From positions 75,518,001 to 75,582,000 of the forward strand of contig NW_024704743.1 in NCBI RefSeq assembly GCF_018977255.1: 64,000 nt of DNA, given 5' to 3'. The notes below the pieces were generated by a model, which had not been told where the DNA came from, searched no databases, and saw only the letters and a program-made list of their open reading frames with translations. Position numbers and translations under genes: made by a program. This document shows, piece by piece, positions 52,179 through 64,000 of the stretch. This stretch comes from Callorhinchus milii (Eukaryota). The stretch's first letter is position 1; every line of letters begins with the position of its first letter.

Positions 52179-53197
52179 CTAAACAATAAACCAGAAATTC
52201 AGGGCAGAAGTGTTAATTTTAATTCAATTAATGAACATATTGTCCACAGCAAATGAGGAGATTAGGAGAATTATTTCGTGCACACAATAGTTAGGATATG
52301 GAATGACCTACTGGGAAGGGTGGTTGAGGCACAGTTTACATTTGCTTTCAAAAGGAGACTGGATAAATACCTAAAAAGGCATAAACTACAGGGGTAAGGG
52401 GAAAGAGCAAGTTAATGAGACTGGAAGGATTGCTCTTAAAAGAGCCAGCACCGACATGATGGGATGAATGGCCTTCTTCTGTGCTGTAAATTCTATGGTT
52501 TTACGGACAAATGTAGAAACAATTGTAAATGATGAGACATGAAGCAGCACAGCAGATAGCTAGGTTTAGAATTAACTATGAAGAGGTAAGTAATGGAAAG
52601 GAAACGTTCAACAGTAACAATGACATTTGATATAGTTCAATTCACACTGGTGAGATTTCTCAAAGGTTTTGTGTTTTGTAGGCAAAATGTCAGGCAAGTA
52701 AATCTTCCAAAGTAAATTGTCTGAGCTGGGAACATCATTAATAAAAATACATTTAATTCAAATATTGTGATCCATTGTAAATTGCTATTTTAGAAGGCGT
52801 TTTCATTATCTTACTCACTGTCATTTTACTTTTTTTTAATTCCATTCTGTATTATTTTATTCAGTAAACTATGCATGTTAGCCTAGCTCAGTTCTCTGAG
52901 GCAGAAGGTTGTGGTTTCAATTGCCAAGTCTGGTCAACAATCCCCAAATAGAATTGATCACTCACATCATGGTTGTTTGTGACACATTGTTGTCCATAAA
53001 TTGGTTGCCATATTCACCTGCAAAACACAGTCACTACACTTTACTGTAAAGACATCCTCCCTGGCGTGAAAGGTACTATATCAAATGCATGGATTATTAT
53101 CATTATTATACACACAACAGCTCAATAAAGTTGTGAACTTTATAAAACTATTCAGTGAAACACACACATGTCAAAATCAGGATCGATCTCACTGTAC

Positions 53198-53309
53198 CAT
53201 ACTCATTTCTTCTTCAACTTGCCGAGCCCGATCCTCAAGTTGAACTCCTAACTCTGTGATCTCATTGTACACTGCCTGGCGTAGTTTCTGCAGTCGTTTC
53301 ACTTCCTCC
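53198..53309 (-). CDS. ITPRID1: ITPRID1 coiled-coil exon (112 nt): EEVKRLQKLRQAVYNEITELGVQLEDRARQVEEEMSM
   Basis: Acceptor ttttgtgacag|G, donor ATG|gtacag, phase 2-0, fitting both neighbours. Matches the recalled LQ.LR.A...E..EL..QL.DRA.Q pattern of CCDC129. Confidence 0.9.
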
Positions 53310-53554
53310 CTGTCACAAAAAATATGCACAGATTAAATGAATGCAGATGAACCTGGTCATTCCTCCATCCCTTGGATGGCAAAGGCATTTCCATAATCCC
53401 CCACAAAATACTATCTAATGTGTGATGATACATTCGCCAGCAAAATAAACAGTTACTACACTTTACAGTGTAAATCCTGTGAAGAGCTTTGAAATGTCCT
53501 TGTGACTTGAAAGGTGCTATATCAAATGCAAGCATTATTATTATAATTATTGAT

Positions 53555-53938
53555 AATAATAATTACATTTGTATTCCATGTCAGGAGGGTACCTCAAAGC
53601 ATCACTGAGTGTTGTGGGGCAAATGCCAATTTGACCACCTCAATGTCCCACAAACAACCGTGAAGTGAATGAACAATTTTATTTGGGGTATTATTTGTCC
53701 CAACACTGGAAGAAACTCCCTTCTCTTTTCGAATAATGCCATGAGTTTTTTGCACAGGCAGACAGAACCTCGATTTAACATCTCATCCAAAGGATGGCAC
53801 CTCCAACATTGCAGCAACCCCCCAACGCAGCACTGGAGTACCATCTTAGACTGTATAAGTTCCAATTCTGACATGGAGCCTGAACCCACAACCTTCTGAC
53901 TCAGAGGGAAGAGTGTTACCAACTGAGGCAAGCTGACA
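53555..53938 (-). mobile_element. Older tRNA-Deu SINE (SacSINE1/AmnSINE1-like Deu domain), representative full copy
   Basis: Head gtgtcagcttgcctcagttggtaacactctt...gggttcagg and Deu core ccatcctttggatgagatgttaaatcgaggttctgtctgcc. Other copies at about 1531-1912(-), 3490-3715(+), 4155-4480(+), 6388-6792(+), 14780-15230(-), 15845-16140(+), 17903-18558(+), 22820-23090(-), 28688-29045(+), 33860-34093(-) and 50262-50610(-). Confidence 0.8.
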
Positions 53939-54456
53939 CAAATGTCAGTCAGGTTAGCACACTAATCTTTCATTTCTGAGAGCTGGGTTTGAATCCACCC
54001 GATCCAATAGGTAACTTCTCATGGCTTCACTAAATCAGTATATTACAATAATGATCCCTACATTTGATAAAGTGCCTTGCATATCGGAAGAACATCTCAA
54101 AGCGCTTCAAAGGATTTTCCTATAAAGTGTGGTGTATTTTGTAGGGAAAAGTGGGCACACCACAAATTCCTACAAACAGCCATGAAGTGAAAGACAATTT
54201 TATCTGAGTCATTATTCTGACCTGAAAGGTGCTATGTTAAATGCAAGGAATATTATTATCAGTGCTCCGAGATGCTGCCCCACATGAAGAGCATGACAGA
54301 AATGCAAGTTGTTGTATTATTATTGTGATTGTAATGCTCCATCTGCTCATAACCCGCAGATCGGTTGCTGTTCACTAAAATGTTTGTGGGACATTGCAAT
54401 GGGTAACTGTGCTCCCACTTTTGCCTACAAATATATAGTCATTCCATTTCACAATA

Positions 54457-54759
54457 TTAATAATAATCCTTGCATTTGGTATAGCGCTTTTCATGTCTTC
54501 TAGACGTCTCAAAGTGCTTTACAGAATAGACTGTAAAGTGAATTGACTGTATATTTGTGGGCAAAATGTGGCAGCCAATCGCACACAGCAGTGTCCCACA
54601 AACAGCCGTGGATTGAAATGACCAATTTATTATTTTTTTGAGGGATTATTATCAGGTGTGTGGAGTAAGGAAACTTGCCGAAGATTTCGCTCTGCCGGGA
54701 ATCAAACGCAGGTCTCTCGCTTGCAAAGCGAGTGCTCTAACCACTGAGCTACAGGACTC
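54457..54759 (-). mobile_element. Complete short-form SINE with 7-bp target-site duplication CACAATA, nested in an older plus-strand SINE
   Basis: cacaata at 54450-54456 and 54760-54766. The host SINE resumes after the insertion. Confidence 0.9.
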
Positions 54760-55026
54760 CACAATAGATCATGTGAAGTGCTTTGAAACGTACTTCTAAT
54801 GTGATAAGGTGCTATACTAAATACAACGATTATTATAATAATTTATTGTTATAAACTATTACTTATAACCTCCATTATGTGACTTGTGATGAAAATAGGG
54901 TGAGGCTCTTCTGGATTTTTTCTCTCTAAAACAAACATTCTATGAAGACAGGTTGTTCTTATCAATGTAAATGACAAATTTACAAGGTATCCACAACTTT
55001 AAAGATGCTCATGTACTTACACATAC

Positions 55027-55154
55027 CTCTCATCCTCACTGAGGACACTGTAGACTAAAGCCTGCTGCTCAGTGATACACTTCTCTATGTCCAGCAGCTG
55101 ATTCTGAAAATGCTGCAGAAATTGTTTTGTGGTTACAATTTCCTGAATGGCCAA
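55027..55154 (-). CDS. ITPRID1: ITPRID1 coiled-coil exon (128 nt): LAIQEIVTTKQFLQHFQNQLLDIEKCITEQQALVYSVLSEDE(R)
   Basis: Acceptor ttctcag|TTG, donor GAG|gtatgt, phase 0-2. Resembles the SSFA2_C-type coiled coil (IE..I..QQAL......SE.ER). Not in the ORF track. Confidence 0.9.
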
Positions 55155-55504
55155 CTGAGAATTCAAAAGAGACAAGAGTTATAGGGGGAAGGGGTCAATA
55201 TGTGATGTGATTGAATGTTCTTTGGGTGGGATGTTAAACCAAAGTCCTGTTCATTTCAAATGTTCGTCCAGCTTCAAAAAACAACAGCCTAGAGATGGGC
55301 CAGGGGTGGGTGTTCTTGCGGGAGTAAGCTCAATGTGCCTCTGGGCCTTTTTTCACTGCTACCCATCCATATATCTATGAAAAACTACTGACTGTGTTTG
55401 ACCTGATTCTTGGTAAATGTGTCAGACACGTAACTAAATTCAGTCCCTGTAAAATAGCATCTGAGAGGTTGTGCTAGCTTAAAAAACAATTTTTGCATTT
55501 GTTT

Positions 55505-55692
55505 TTAAGGAATTATTACCCACGGAAAAGTGGTTCGCCAATCGACTAACAGGTTCCTAATTCCTAATTATTGCTAGGTAAACAGAGACATGTGGAGTAA
55601 GGAAACTTGCCCAAAGGCTCTCCCTGCTGCGAATCAAACCCAGGTTTTCTCGCTTGTGAGACGAGTGCTCTCACCACTGAGCTACAGGACTT
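55505..55692 (-). mobile_element. Long-form SINE, 5' half only
   Basis: tRNA head and CORE segment present; no Deu domain or tail. Confidence 0.8.
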
Positions 55693-56667
55693 CATTCCAT
55701 TTTCAGCTGGATTTGGGCACTACTGTTATTCAGACATTGAGGGGATATTGCAAAACACATTTTAAATTTATTTTCCAATTCAGGGATGGAATGTGTTTAC
55801 AAATACTGCAATTTTGACTGCAACATATTCCATGATGATATTGTTCCTCAGATTATGTGATAACATCACTGAACCTTTTCATCCATATCAGATAGGTATA
55901 CTTGCAGGCCAAGTGAATATAGGAAGCAAATGTCTCTACTTACAGGGTTCGAAATTCAAAAAAATCAAATAGTTTAACAGTTAGTGTATGTTGTGTTTCG
56001 CTCAAATTCCATACATTTGCATTGTGGAACCATTAGCTCAAATGATCCAAAGAGCAACAAAGTCTTTTCCACGTAAATGATTCTAAACATGCAGAAGTAA
56101 AGACTGCAATCACTCTTGGATCCCATGATTTGCTTTATTGCAGTGATCAGCTGTTGTGTACAAAAGCTGCTATTCAAATGGTGATTGTCTTGAAAATAAA
56201 TGTTTCAAAAACATTGGTTTTCCTCTGCTCTACGGTATATAGATTAATGCCTTTAAAAATAGTGCCACATTTGTGGCATGTGATATAATCACTGGCTATA
56301 GATACATTTGCTTTCTGTTTGGACTTGGCATATAAGTACATCTGTGAGACATGGATGAAAAGGCCCAGTGAAGCTATCAAATACATTAGAATACAAATAT
56401 TGTGAGGAATACTATTATGGCATACTTGGCTGGCAAAACTGTGGTATTTGTAAACAGATTCCATTCCTTAATTGGGGAACAAGTATAAAATTCTCCAGAG
56501 GCAGAGCAGAGGAGAGTAGTGTTAGAGACAATCTAGGGCACTTCAGTCATCTGAGAGCATATCTCAGAGGGCCCTTATAAGGTGTGTAATATTTAAAATG
56601 GGACTGAAAAAGTAAACAACACTTTCGAATGCAGCAAGAGTAGAACAAGAGGACATAGGTTTACATC

Positions 56668-57080
56668 CAGCCCACTAATACCTCCCACCCATTAATGCCT
56701 ATTAATACCCATTTAAGTTCTCTTAGATGCTACCCTGGGTGGAGGGTGCTATATAAGTGAAAGTTGTTGTTGTTGTACCCCTCACCCTTGAATACCATGT
56801 TCATTAAACACCTTGCCCAATAATCCACCCCACCAATTAATATACCTCATCCATTAATACATCTCGCCCATTAATACCTGTTGCTAATTAATACCTTGCC
56901 CATTAATACCCTTGTCCATTGATACATCACGTCCATTAATGCCCCTCATCCATTAATACCCTTAATCCATTAATACCCCTTAGTCCATTAATGCCCCTTC
57001 GCCCATTAATACCCCTCACAATCAATACCTCGCCCATTAATACTCCTTGCCCATTAATACACCTTGCAAATTAATACAAC
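56668..57080. repeat. Degenerate minisatellite, ~17-19-bp unit (gcccattaatacccct), interrupted by an L2 tail at about 56715-56775
   Basis: More than ten ccattaat(a/g)c units are visible. Confidence 0.88.
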
Positions 57081-57601
57081 TCACTCACCCTGCCCACCCT
57101 GCAGGGAAATGGGAAACCTGAAGTAATGCAATGAGTAAAGTTAAGTGCTTTAATTAAAGAACAGGAGTGTCTGTTCCTCAATGCATTCCTTGTGATAGAC
57201 ATCTCACCCATCAAAGCTTTAATTCAAAATATTTTGATTTTTCAATAAAATAACTTCCAAATACAAGCTCTCTAAAGCACATATTATAGGCAGATCTGTA
57301 CATCACCAAAGGGAGTTCTGTATCACCTTTAAAAGAACTAAACATTGGGATCAGCACAAAATCTGTTGAGCATTCAGAGGATTTGGTCATCTCTCAGCAT
57401 AAAAACAGCTCAGTGCTGTACAGGGAGGACAGTAGGATAGGTATTCTGGAAGGATGAGATTAAATGGATCAAAGGGCCTTATTCATCCAAACCTTTCTTG
57501 TGATTTTATGACTGCAGTCTTGTGGAGGATGAGAACCTTTCACTATTGGTGATGGATTTCTCTGTGTGTCAGACCAAAATAAATTGACAGATGTAACTTA
57601 C

Positions 57602-58585
57602 TGGATATGCTGAGATAATCTTCACTGCCTGCTGCAATTCTTCCAGGGTATTGAGACGATAGCCTTCCAAGTGTGACGTACCAACCTTCGATGAGTCTTT
57701 TGTCCCTTTGTGCCAAGATGAAGAGCAGTGGTGGTGGGCACAGCAGCAATGGTGACAGCAGCAGTGGGTGGCAGCAGTTTGACTGTGCTCTTGAAGGTCA
57801 CTATTTAGATGGTGTAGTCCAGTATCTAGTGAAAGTGATTTTCTAAATGATTTCCCAAATTGAAATTCAGACTTAAATGAAGAGTGTTTGTTTGGACTTT
57901 GATTTCTTTCAACAGGATATTCTTCATCAGTCTGTACTGAAACTTCTCTTGTCTTCCTTTTCCTACTTCCTACAAAGATACTTTCAGATTCCGGGGTTGT
58001 GGCTTTATTTACATGTTGGTACGAGACGGTTAATGATTCCAAAGAATCCACTTTTGTGGAACACTTTTGCTGATCCATATCTTGGGTGATTTGGACGGTC
58101 ATGAAATTGCTCGAACAAGAAACACATTCTGGCAGACGTTGGGTTGCCTCTGGGGATCCACTGATGGTATAGTTCTCAGTTGCTGGTGTCCTACCCTTAA
58201 TCATTGCAGGATATTCATTCTGGCTCTGTGAATCATTGCTCTGAACCTGGACCTGAGTATTTAAGTGAGAACTGTTATCTGGAGCCAGACTTTGACTTGT
58301 GTCTATACGACTGCTTCCATCCAGGAATCCACTTGTCTCAACCACACTTTCCTCACCAGGATTGTCCTCATTATCGTTTTCTATATATGATTTGTTTTCT
58401 TCTGGGAAAATATGCAAAACTAAGTGTGTTCCTAAAGAAAGTGTACAATTATTGTCAATAGAGCTCTTTGCAAAACAGTCTGTTTTGTGTTCAGTGTCCT
58501 GGCCCAGGATTGAGCACGTTCTGCTTTCCTGCAATGTGGCTTGACTGTCAATGCTGTCATCACTGATGTCTTGGGGTTGTGGAGC
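57602..58585 (-). CDS. ITPRID1: ITPRID1 large Ser/Thr-rich exon (984 nt, 328 codons): APQPQDIS...KSLSLDTGL...HCCCHHCCCAHHHC...KIISAYP
   Basis: Overlaps the 321-aa ORF 57569..58534 in frame. Acceptor ccttttcag|GCT, donor CCA|gtaagt, phase 0-0. The SLDTG motif and the Cys/His cluster correspond to motifs recalled from mammalian CCDC129. Confidence 0.9.
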
Positions 58586-59859
58586 CTGAAAAGGTTGGAC
58601 AACAACAAATTCTAGCAGTAATGTAGAATCTCACACATAGAATGACTGTTTCGAAGTGCTTAACAGTTATGATAGGGAGCCTCAAGCAGAGGAGAGGAAG
58701 GAAAATTAAGTTTACCAGCCAGGTCTGAAGAGAGACCTTTTTAGGAGGGTTTTGAAGATGTTCAGAGAGAAAGTAAAACAATGAAGGAGAGTTCCAGCAG
58801 ACCGGGGCACAATAGTGAAAGCTTTGCCACCAATGGTGGGATAGAACGAATGAGGAATGAGCATTCAATCACAAATAATGGACTGGAATATAGAAGAATA
58901 TGGCTGGAGGAGCTTCCATATTTGGGGAGGAGAAGGGAAGGGATTTAAAGATAATAAAATAGCAATCCTTACATTGAATTTAAAGCCTTTCACATTGGGA
59001 GAATGTTTCAAAGTGCTTCACAAGATATATTGTAAAGTGTAGTGACTGTATTTTGCAGGCAAATGCTGCCAAATGGTGCACAGCTATGAAGTGAATGAAC
59101 AATTGTACCTGGGGCATTGTGGCCAAAACACTAGGAGTAACTTGTTTCAAATAAGGACAAAGATATTCAAATCAATGTTCTTGGTTACTTGTTGCCAGTG
59201 GAGTCTGGGAAGGATGCCAGTGTTAGGTGCACAACAGCTGAGTACAGAGATTTGGAGTGTAACTGTGGGTGAAGTTCATGTTACAAGATCACAAGATTGA
59301 TCTGGGTGAAGAAAGCCTTTCGGCCCATCTGATCTCATCCCTCCAGACTCCCACCCTACGATCCCCCCCATCACAGCAGCAAGCTGCTCTTTACATAAGT
59401 TCAGTGTCTTGGCTTCTACCATCTTTCCAGTCGTTGATTGCCTTCTATTGAAGAAAAACTTCCGGGTATCTGTCCTGAAATTGCCCTTTCCAATTCTAAA
59501 CATAAGCCTTCTTGTTCTGCTATCATGATACATTCTAAAGTATTGATCTGGGTTGACTGAAGTATGTGGTACTTGGAAGGGGAAGCATGTCAAGGTGGCA
59601 TGATGACAAGAATTGACAGATTAGGTCATCTCTGTTTATGAAACTCACATAAACAAATCCAAGGTGTCTCAGTTTTATAAGTGTACCAGACAGGAGTTGA
59701 GCTCAAAGAAACAATTATTTATTAAATGCCATGTAAGATTATTGTGAAGTGACTAGGTTCAAAGTGTGCAACACTAGCAGTATTTATTCTGCATCTCTGT
59801 TGTACACTGTTGAAACCAATATTTTGTTGCAAGTAGAATGAGGTGCAGCATTGTCATAC

Positions 59860-59939
59860 CTGCAGAGATAGGGGGATGAACGGTTCCTCCAGAAATCCAC
59901 TACTGTCTGACTGACAGCTATTGTCTCTCTGCAAATCTG
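59860..59939 (-). CDS. ITPRID1: ITPRID1/CCDC129 internal coding exon (80 nt): DLQRDNSCQSDSSGFLEEPFIPLSLQ
   Basis: Acceptor ttctcttcacag|CAG and donor CAG|gtatga. The peptide matches the NSCQSDSSGFLEEP motif I recall from ITPRID1; the paralogue ITPRID2/SSFA2 has a related but different motif. It ends in phase 0, matching the next exon. Confidence 0.9.
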
Positions 59940-60880
59940 CTGTGAAGAGAAGGATAAAATGCTGAGATCAACTACCATATACCATAATAATCAGACATTC
60001 TGAGATTTTACTCTACTTGGACCATATGCTCTATAAATACTATTTGTTGCAATATTCAAATAATAATATTCAAATGTTTGTTTTGTGAGAAATTCGACTA
60101 ATTGCTGTTTATATCAGAAGTTTCGGAAAGATTAGCTGCTGTTAACCTGTACAACAGCTACCATCGGCATAAATATATACTAGGTGATAATTATCATAAG
60201 GTTTTCACAAGGAAAGGCAATGTGCTTAAACTATATCCTTAATGACAGGTTCGACACTGGACACTCTAACTTTCAGAGAATGTTTCTTCCTCAGGCATGC
60301 TCAGAAACAAAATATTGTCTTGCTTTTACTTTAAAATCTCAGAATGGCATTTCAAATTTAATTTTATATGTTTAATGTTAAATTTTAGTCAGAATGAGCT
60401 GAACCAAACTAATTATTTTGGAATTATGAGAGCAAACGGACCAAAGGGTCTTCTTCATCAAAGCTGCTCCTGGAATCTTATGAATAGCTTGATTTGGATT
60501 CAAAGACTCCAGTCTAAAAGGAGTGGTGAGAATATGGATCTCATTGCCACAAGCTGTGGTTCAAGTAGAAAGCATCAACATCTGTAAGAGGAAACTTGAT
60601 GGATAACAATGACAACAACAAGATGACATTTGTATAGCACCTTTCACGTTGGGAGGACGTCCCAAGGTCCTGTTCAGTGTACGGCATTTCAGACCCGAGC
60701 TGGGGTCGGGGGGAGAGGGGGGTGGGGAGAAGGGAAGGGAGGGGAAGGGGGCTGGAGAGAGAAGTGAATAGATGGGAATGGGAGATGGGATTAGGAGGGG
60801 TGGAATACAACAGCATGGACTAGTTGGGATGAATGGTGTGCTTCCACACTGTAATTCTATATAATTTTATGTAACAGGGA

Positions 60881-62175
60881 CTACTACAACAATGACATCT
60901 TCCATTTATATATCACCCCTCATGCAGAGTAGTGTCCCAGAGCACTTGACAGTGACGGATCACAACGTTGAGCTGGGGGAAGCGGGAGGTGACTGTAGGC
61001 ACAATCGAATAGGAAGGTCTTCAATCATGACCTGAAGATGGGGAAGGAAGGGGCAAGTCGGAGAGATAGAGGAAGAGTGCTCCAGAGTTTTGGGGCATGG
61101 TGACTGAAAGGTGGCCACCAATTGTGGAAGGGAGGGCATGAGGGACATGCAGAATGCCAGAGCCTTCAAACGGAGGCAGCGGGTAGTGGGTTGGGTTGGG
61201 GTGTAAACAGGTTGGAGAGGTAGGGAGGTGCCAGGGCATGAAGTAAGTTGAAAACTATTGTGAGGAACTTGAAATTGATCCGTTTGGCGATAGGGAGCCA
61301 GTGGAGCCTGGCTAGAATTGGTGTGATGGAGGTGCGGAGTTTAGTAAGGATGAGTATGTGGGCGGCAGAGTTTGGGATCAGCTGGATTCTGTGTATAGTG
61401 GAGCTGGGGACACAGGCAAAGAAGGCATTTGAGAAGTTGAGTCGGGAGGTGACAAACGCACAGACGAGTGTTTCGGCTGCACCTGGGGTAAGGTACAGTT
61501 GGAGGTGGAGGTGGAGGAAGGCGGTCCTGGTCAGGATGTGGGGAAGGAAGGACAGGTGTGGGTGGTACCTGGCATCTAGGTCGCGCACTGGTTCAGTCAG
61601 TCAGTCTGGTTCAGTCAGTCAGTTAGTCAGTAAGCCGGGGAGGTGGAGGAGGTCATAGCCACAGGATAGAAAACGTTGATGGGAGCCAATGAACAAGGCT
61701 TCCATCTTGTCAACATTTAGTTGTAGGAAGTTTTCTCTTATCCAGGTCCAGACAAGCTGAGAGAACATTGTCAGCCTTGGAGTCACAGCTGGAGGAGAAG
61801 TAGATTTGTGTTTCATCTACATACATGGGGAAGTTTACCTCATGTCTGAGGATGACATCGCCCAGAGGGAATACATAGATGAGGAAGGGAGGGGTCCACG
61901 GATGGAGCCCTGGGGTACACCACAAATGACCGGTCGGGGCGGGTGGAGAAACTGTTTGAGGAGATAAAGTGAAGCTGGTTTGTTAGGTAGGACACGAACC
62001 AGGCTAGTGCAGCCCCACTGAGGTAGATGAGGGAGGAGAGGCAGTGGATGAGGATGGCATGGCCAACTGTGTCGAAATGGCGGAGAGGTCGAGGATGAGG
62101 AGGCAGAGAGAAAGGATGTCGTTCATGATCTTGACAAGACCCATCTCTGTTCTATAGGCAGGGTGGAAAACCATC
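60881..62175 (-). mobile_element. Decayed L2 LINE, 3' half (RT and tail)
   Basis: ORFs 61166..61588, 61619..61816 and 61710..61925 carry L2 motifs (FVTSRLNFSN, LHWLPI, FLQLNVDK). The tail resembles that of the 8890-11688 copy. Confidence 0.92.
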
Positions 62176-64000
62176 CTGGCAAGAAAACCTCTGATGGTAT
62201 TATTTAAGGATAAAGTTCAGTTTTGAAACCTTGTTCCTTTTAGCTTTAAACACTAGGCACATTCATCCAAATTCACTGAGAGAAACAAATTCACTGACGT
62301 TTATCCCATTATCATTTATATACAATGGCACAGATCAGCTGCCAGATTTGCCTATATAATAAGAATTGCTACACTACAAAGTAAGCCATTGAGGAAGCAC
62401 TTGGAGCCATATTTATTATGTTTATTATGTGACAGTCGCCAATAGCAAAAAAAGGGACACTATTCAATACTGTAATACTGTATCAGTAGTCTAACCAGTC
62501 CACCTGCAATTTATTACCTGTGTGTTCACATGTGTTCATTCAATTGGGCAGAAAGCTATGAAAGTCAGAAGGCTACAGTAAAACATAGAAGTCCCTTACT
62601 GGTGTATTTCTTTATTTTCCATGTTCTTTTGTGCACAGAATAAGAGCAGGAAAAACTGTCATGTAAGAAACAGGCACAAAGCATTTGACTGAAATTGGCC
62701 ACTGTTAGCAAATGCCATCTATTCTTGTGATTGACTAATAGATTATATCCTATAATTTCACACACCTCCTGCATATAGTTTTGGTGGATGAAGATGTGAT
62801 TCTGCTGACAGGGAATGGGGCACCTTTCAAATTCTGTATGGTTGAACAGAGTAGATGACACTTTATTGTTACTGGCAACCTAGGTATCCCAACGCACAAT
62901 CTGGAGTCTCCAAGTTTTGGTTCTCATCAACTTGCGTCTATTATTCTCCGGGATTAGGTAAATGTCTGACACATGCGGAAACTCATCACCATGCATAAGC
63001 ATAGCCAAACCAGTCTGAGAGTTTCACACATATATATATCCCACCTACACATGGAAATTTCATTGTGTTTGGAATGGAATATGCACTCTCTCTCTCTGGA
63101 GGGACCACAAAAACAATATTCTGTATGGTTGAACAAGTCAGATTAAACATCACTTTATTTTTACAATGTGAGAGGGCTTTTGTAGACTTTGAGATGACAG
63201 GACGGGTGCAGAATTAAATATTTTGATTGACTGGTCCTGTGTATATAACTGCATTATATACCGATAATCCTTACACTTGATATAGTGCCCTATCATGTCG
63301 ACAACAGTTCTCAAAGTGCTTTACAAAATAGAAAAGCGTAGTCACTGTATATTTGTAAGCGAAAACGGCAGAAAAGTTACACACAAATTGTACACAACAA
63401 TGTCGCACAAATAGCAGCAAAGTGAATGACCAATTTTACCTGGGGGATTGTAGGCCAGAACACTGGGAGAAATAGACTACCACGGAGGGCTGGATCAATT
63501 ATACAATGTTCCATTGCTAAGAATGTCAATTCTGAAATCCTTTTACATGCATGTCACCTTGTACCTAGTTCAGCTCCATGGGATCCTGCTTACCTCCTTC
63601 CAAGGAAGATAGTCATTAGCTCATCTTGATTTCAGAGTGACACACAGGACAAGACAATGAGTCCAGCAGGGTTTATATTGCATCATCCTTCTCTACTGCT
63701 GGCTTTGTGGCTGCTGATAGGGTTCACTAAACATAAACAGTGACTTCGGGAAGGCATGCGACAGATAGCTGCCAACAACAGAATATTTGAGCGTCTGAAT
63801 AACCTTCAACATCTACTGGAGCACGTGCAGAATAAAAGTCAGAATAATATGCAAATGTCAAAAGCAATTGTGGAAGTAAATTTTAATTCTACTCACAGAT
63901 TCCAAGTATTAAACTCCCATATGTTGCAATTAGATCTGCCCAGAATCTCAGCTAAGTTCATTAGGATCCCAGGCATTGGGTAACTAACTTGCTTAAATTG

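Noticed and set aside
56668..57080. Repeat array superficially like CRISPR (also 25826-26037 and 42970-43190)
   Set aside because: Units are degenerate and adjacent with no unique spacers, there are no cas genes, and the context is vertebrate.
62600..62660. Minus-strand donor CCA|gtaagg, phase-compatible with the 59939 exon
   Set aside because: The peptide shows no recognisable ITPRID1 similarity and there is no convincing acceptor.
63590..63660. Minus-strand donor GAG|gtaagc as the next upstream ITPRID1 exon
   Set aside because: The phase-1 frame needed has stop codons just upstream, and the site overlaps a family X fragment.

Overview
Repeat-rich vertebrate nuclear DNA, not prokaryotic. 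The mix of CR1 and L2 LINEs, Deu-domain SINEs and LF-SINE-like relics suggests a cartilaginous fish, possibly a chimaera; this is inference. The only well-supported protein-coding gene is the 3' part of ITPRID1 (CCDC129) on the minus strand. I reconstructed six coding exons by hand, with GT-AG sites and consistent phases: 59860-59939, 57602-58585, 55027-55154, 53198-53309, 51819-52178 and 46123-46188 (stop). Its 5' exons were not found. The rest is intronic or intergenic DNA. It holds decayed L2 and CR1 LINEs, two Deu-domain SINE families (one young, with tRNA + CORE + Deu + L2-tail structure), ancient SINE relics, an unclassified repeat of about 0.7 kb, and minisatellites. Most ORFs in the supplied track are LINE fragments or chance ORFs. 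I see no new multi-gene system. The best leads are mechanistic: a SINE-to-SINE conversion tract, a tail-less L2 fragment captured inside a SINE, a SINE tail matching a local L2, CpG-driven anticodon drift, minisatellites at the same CR1 breakpoint, a tandem-octamer enhancer candidate, and a divergent CTCF-like cluster. Family names and homologies are recalled from memory, not from database searches. Repeat boundaries are approximate.
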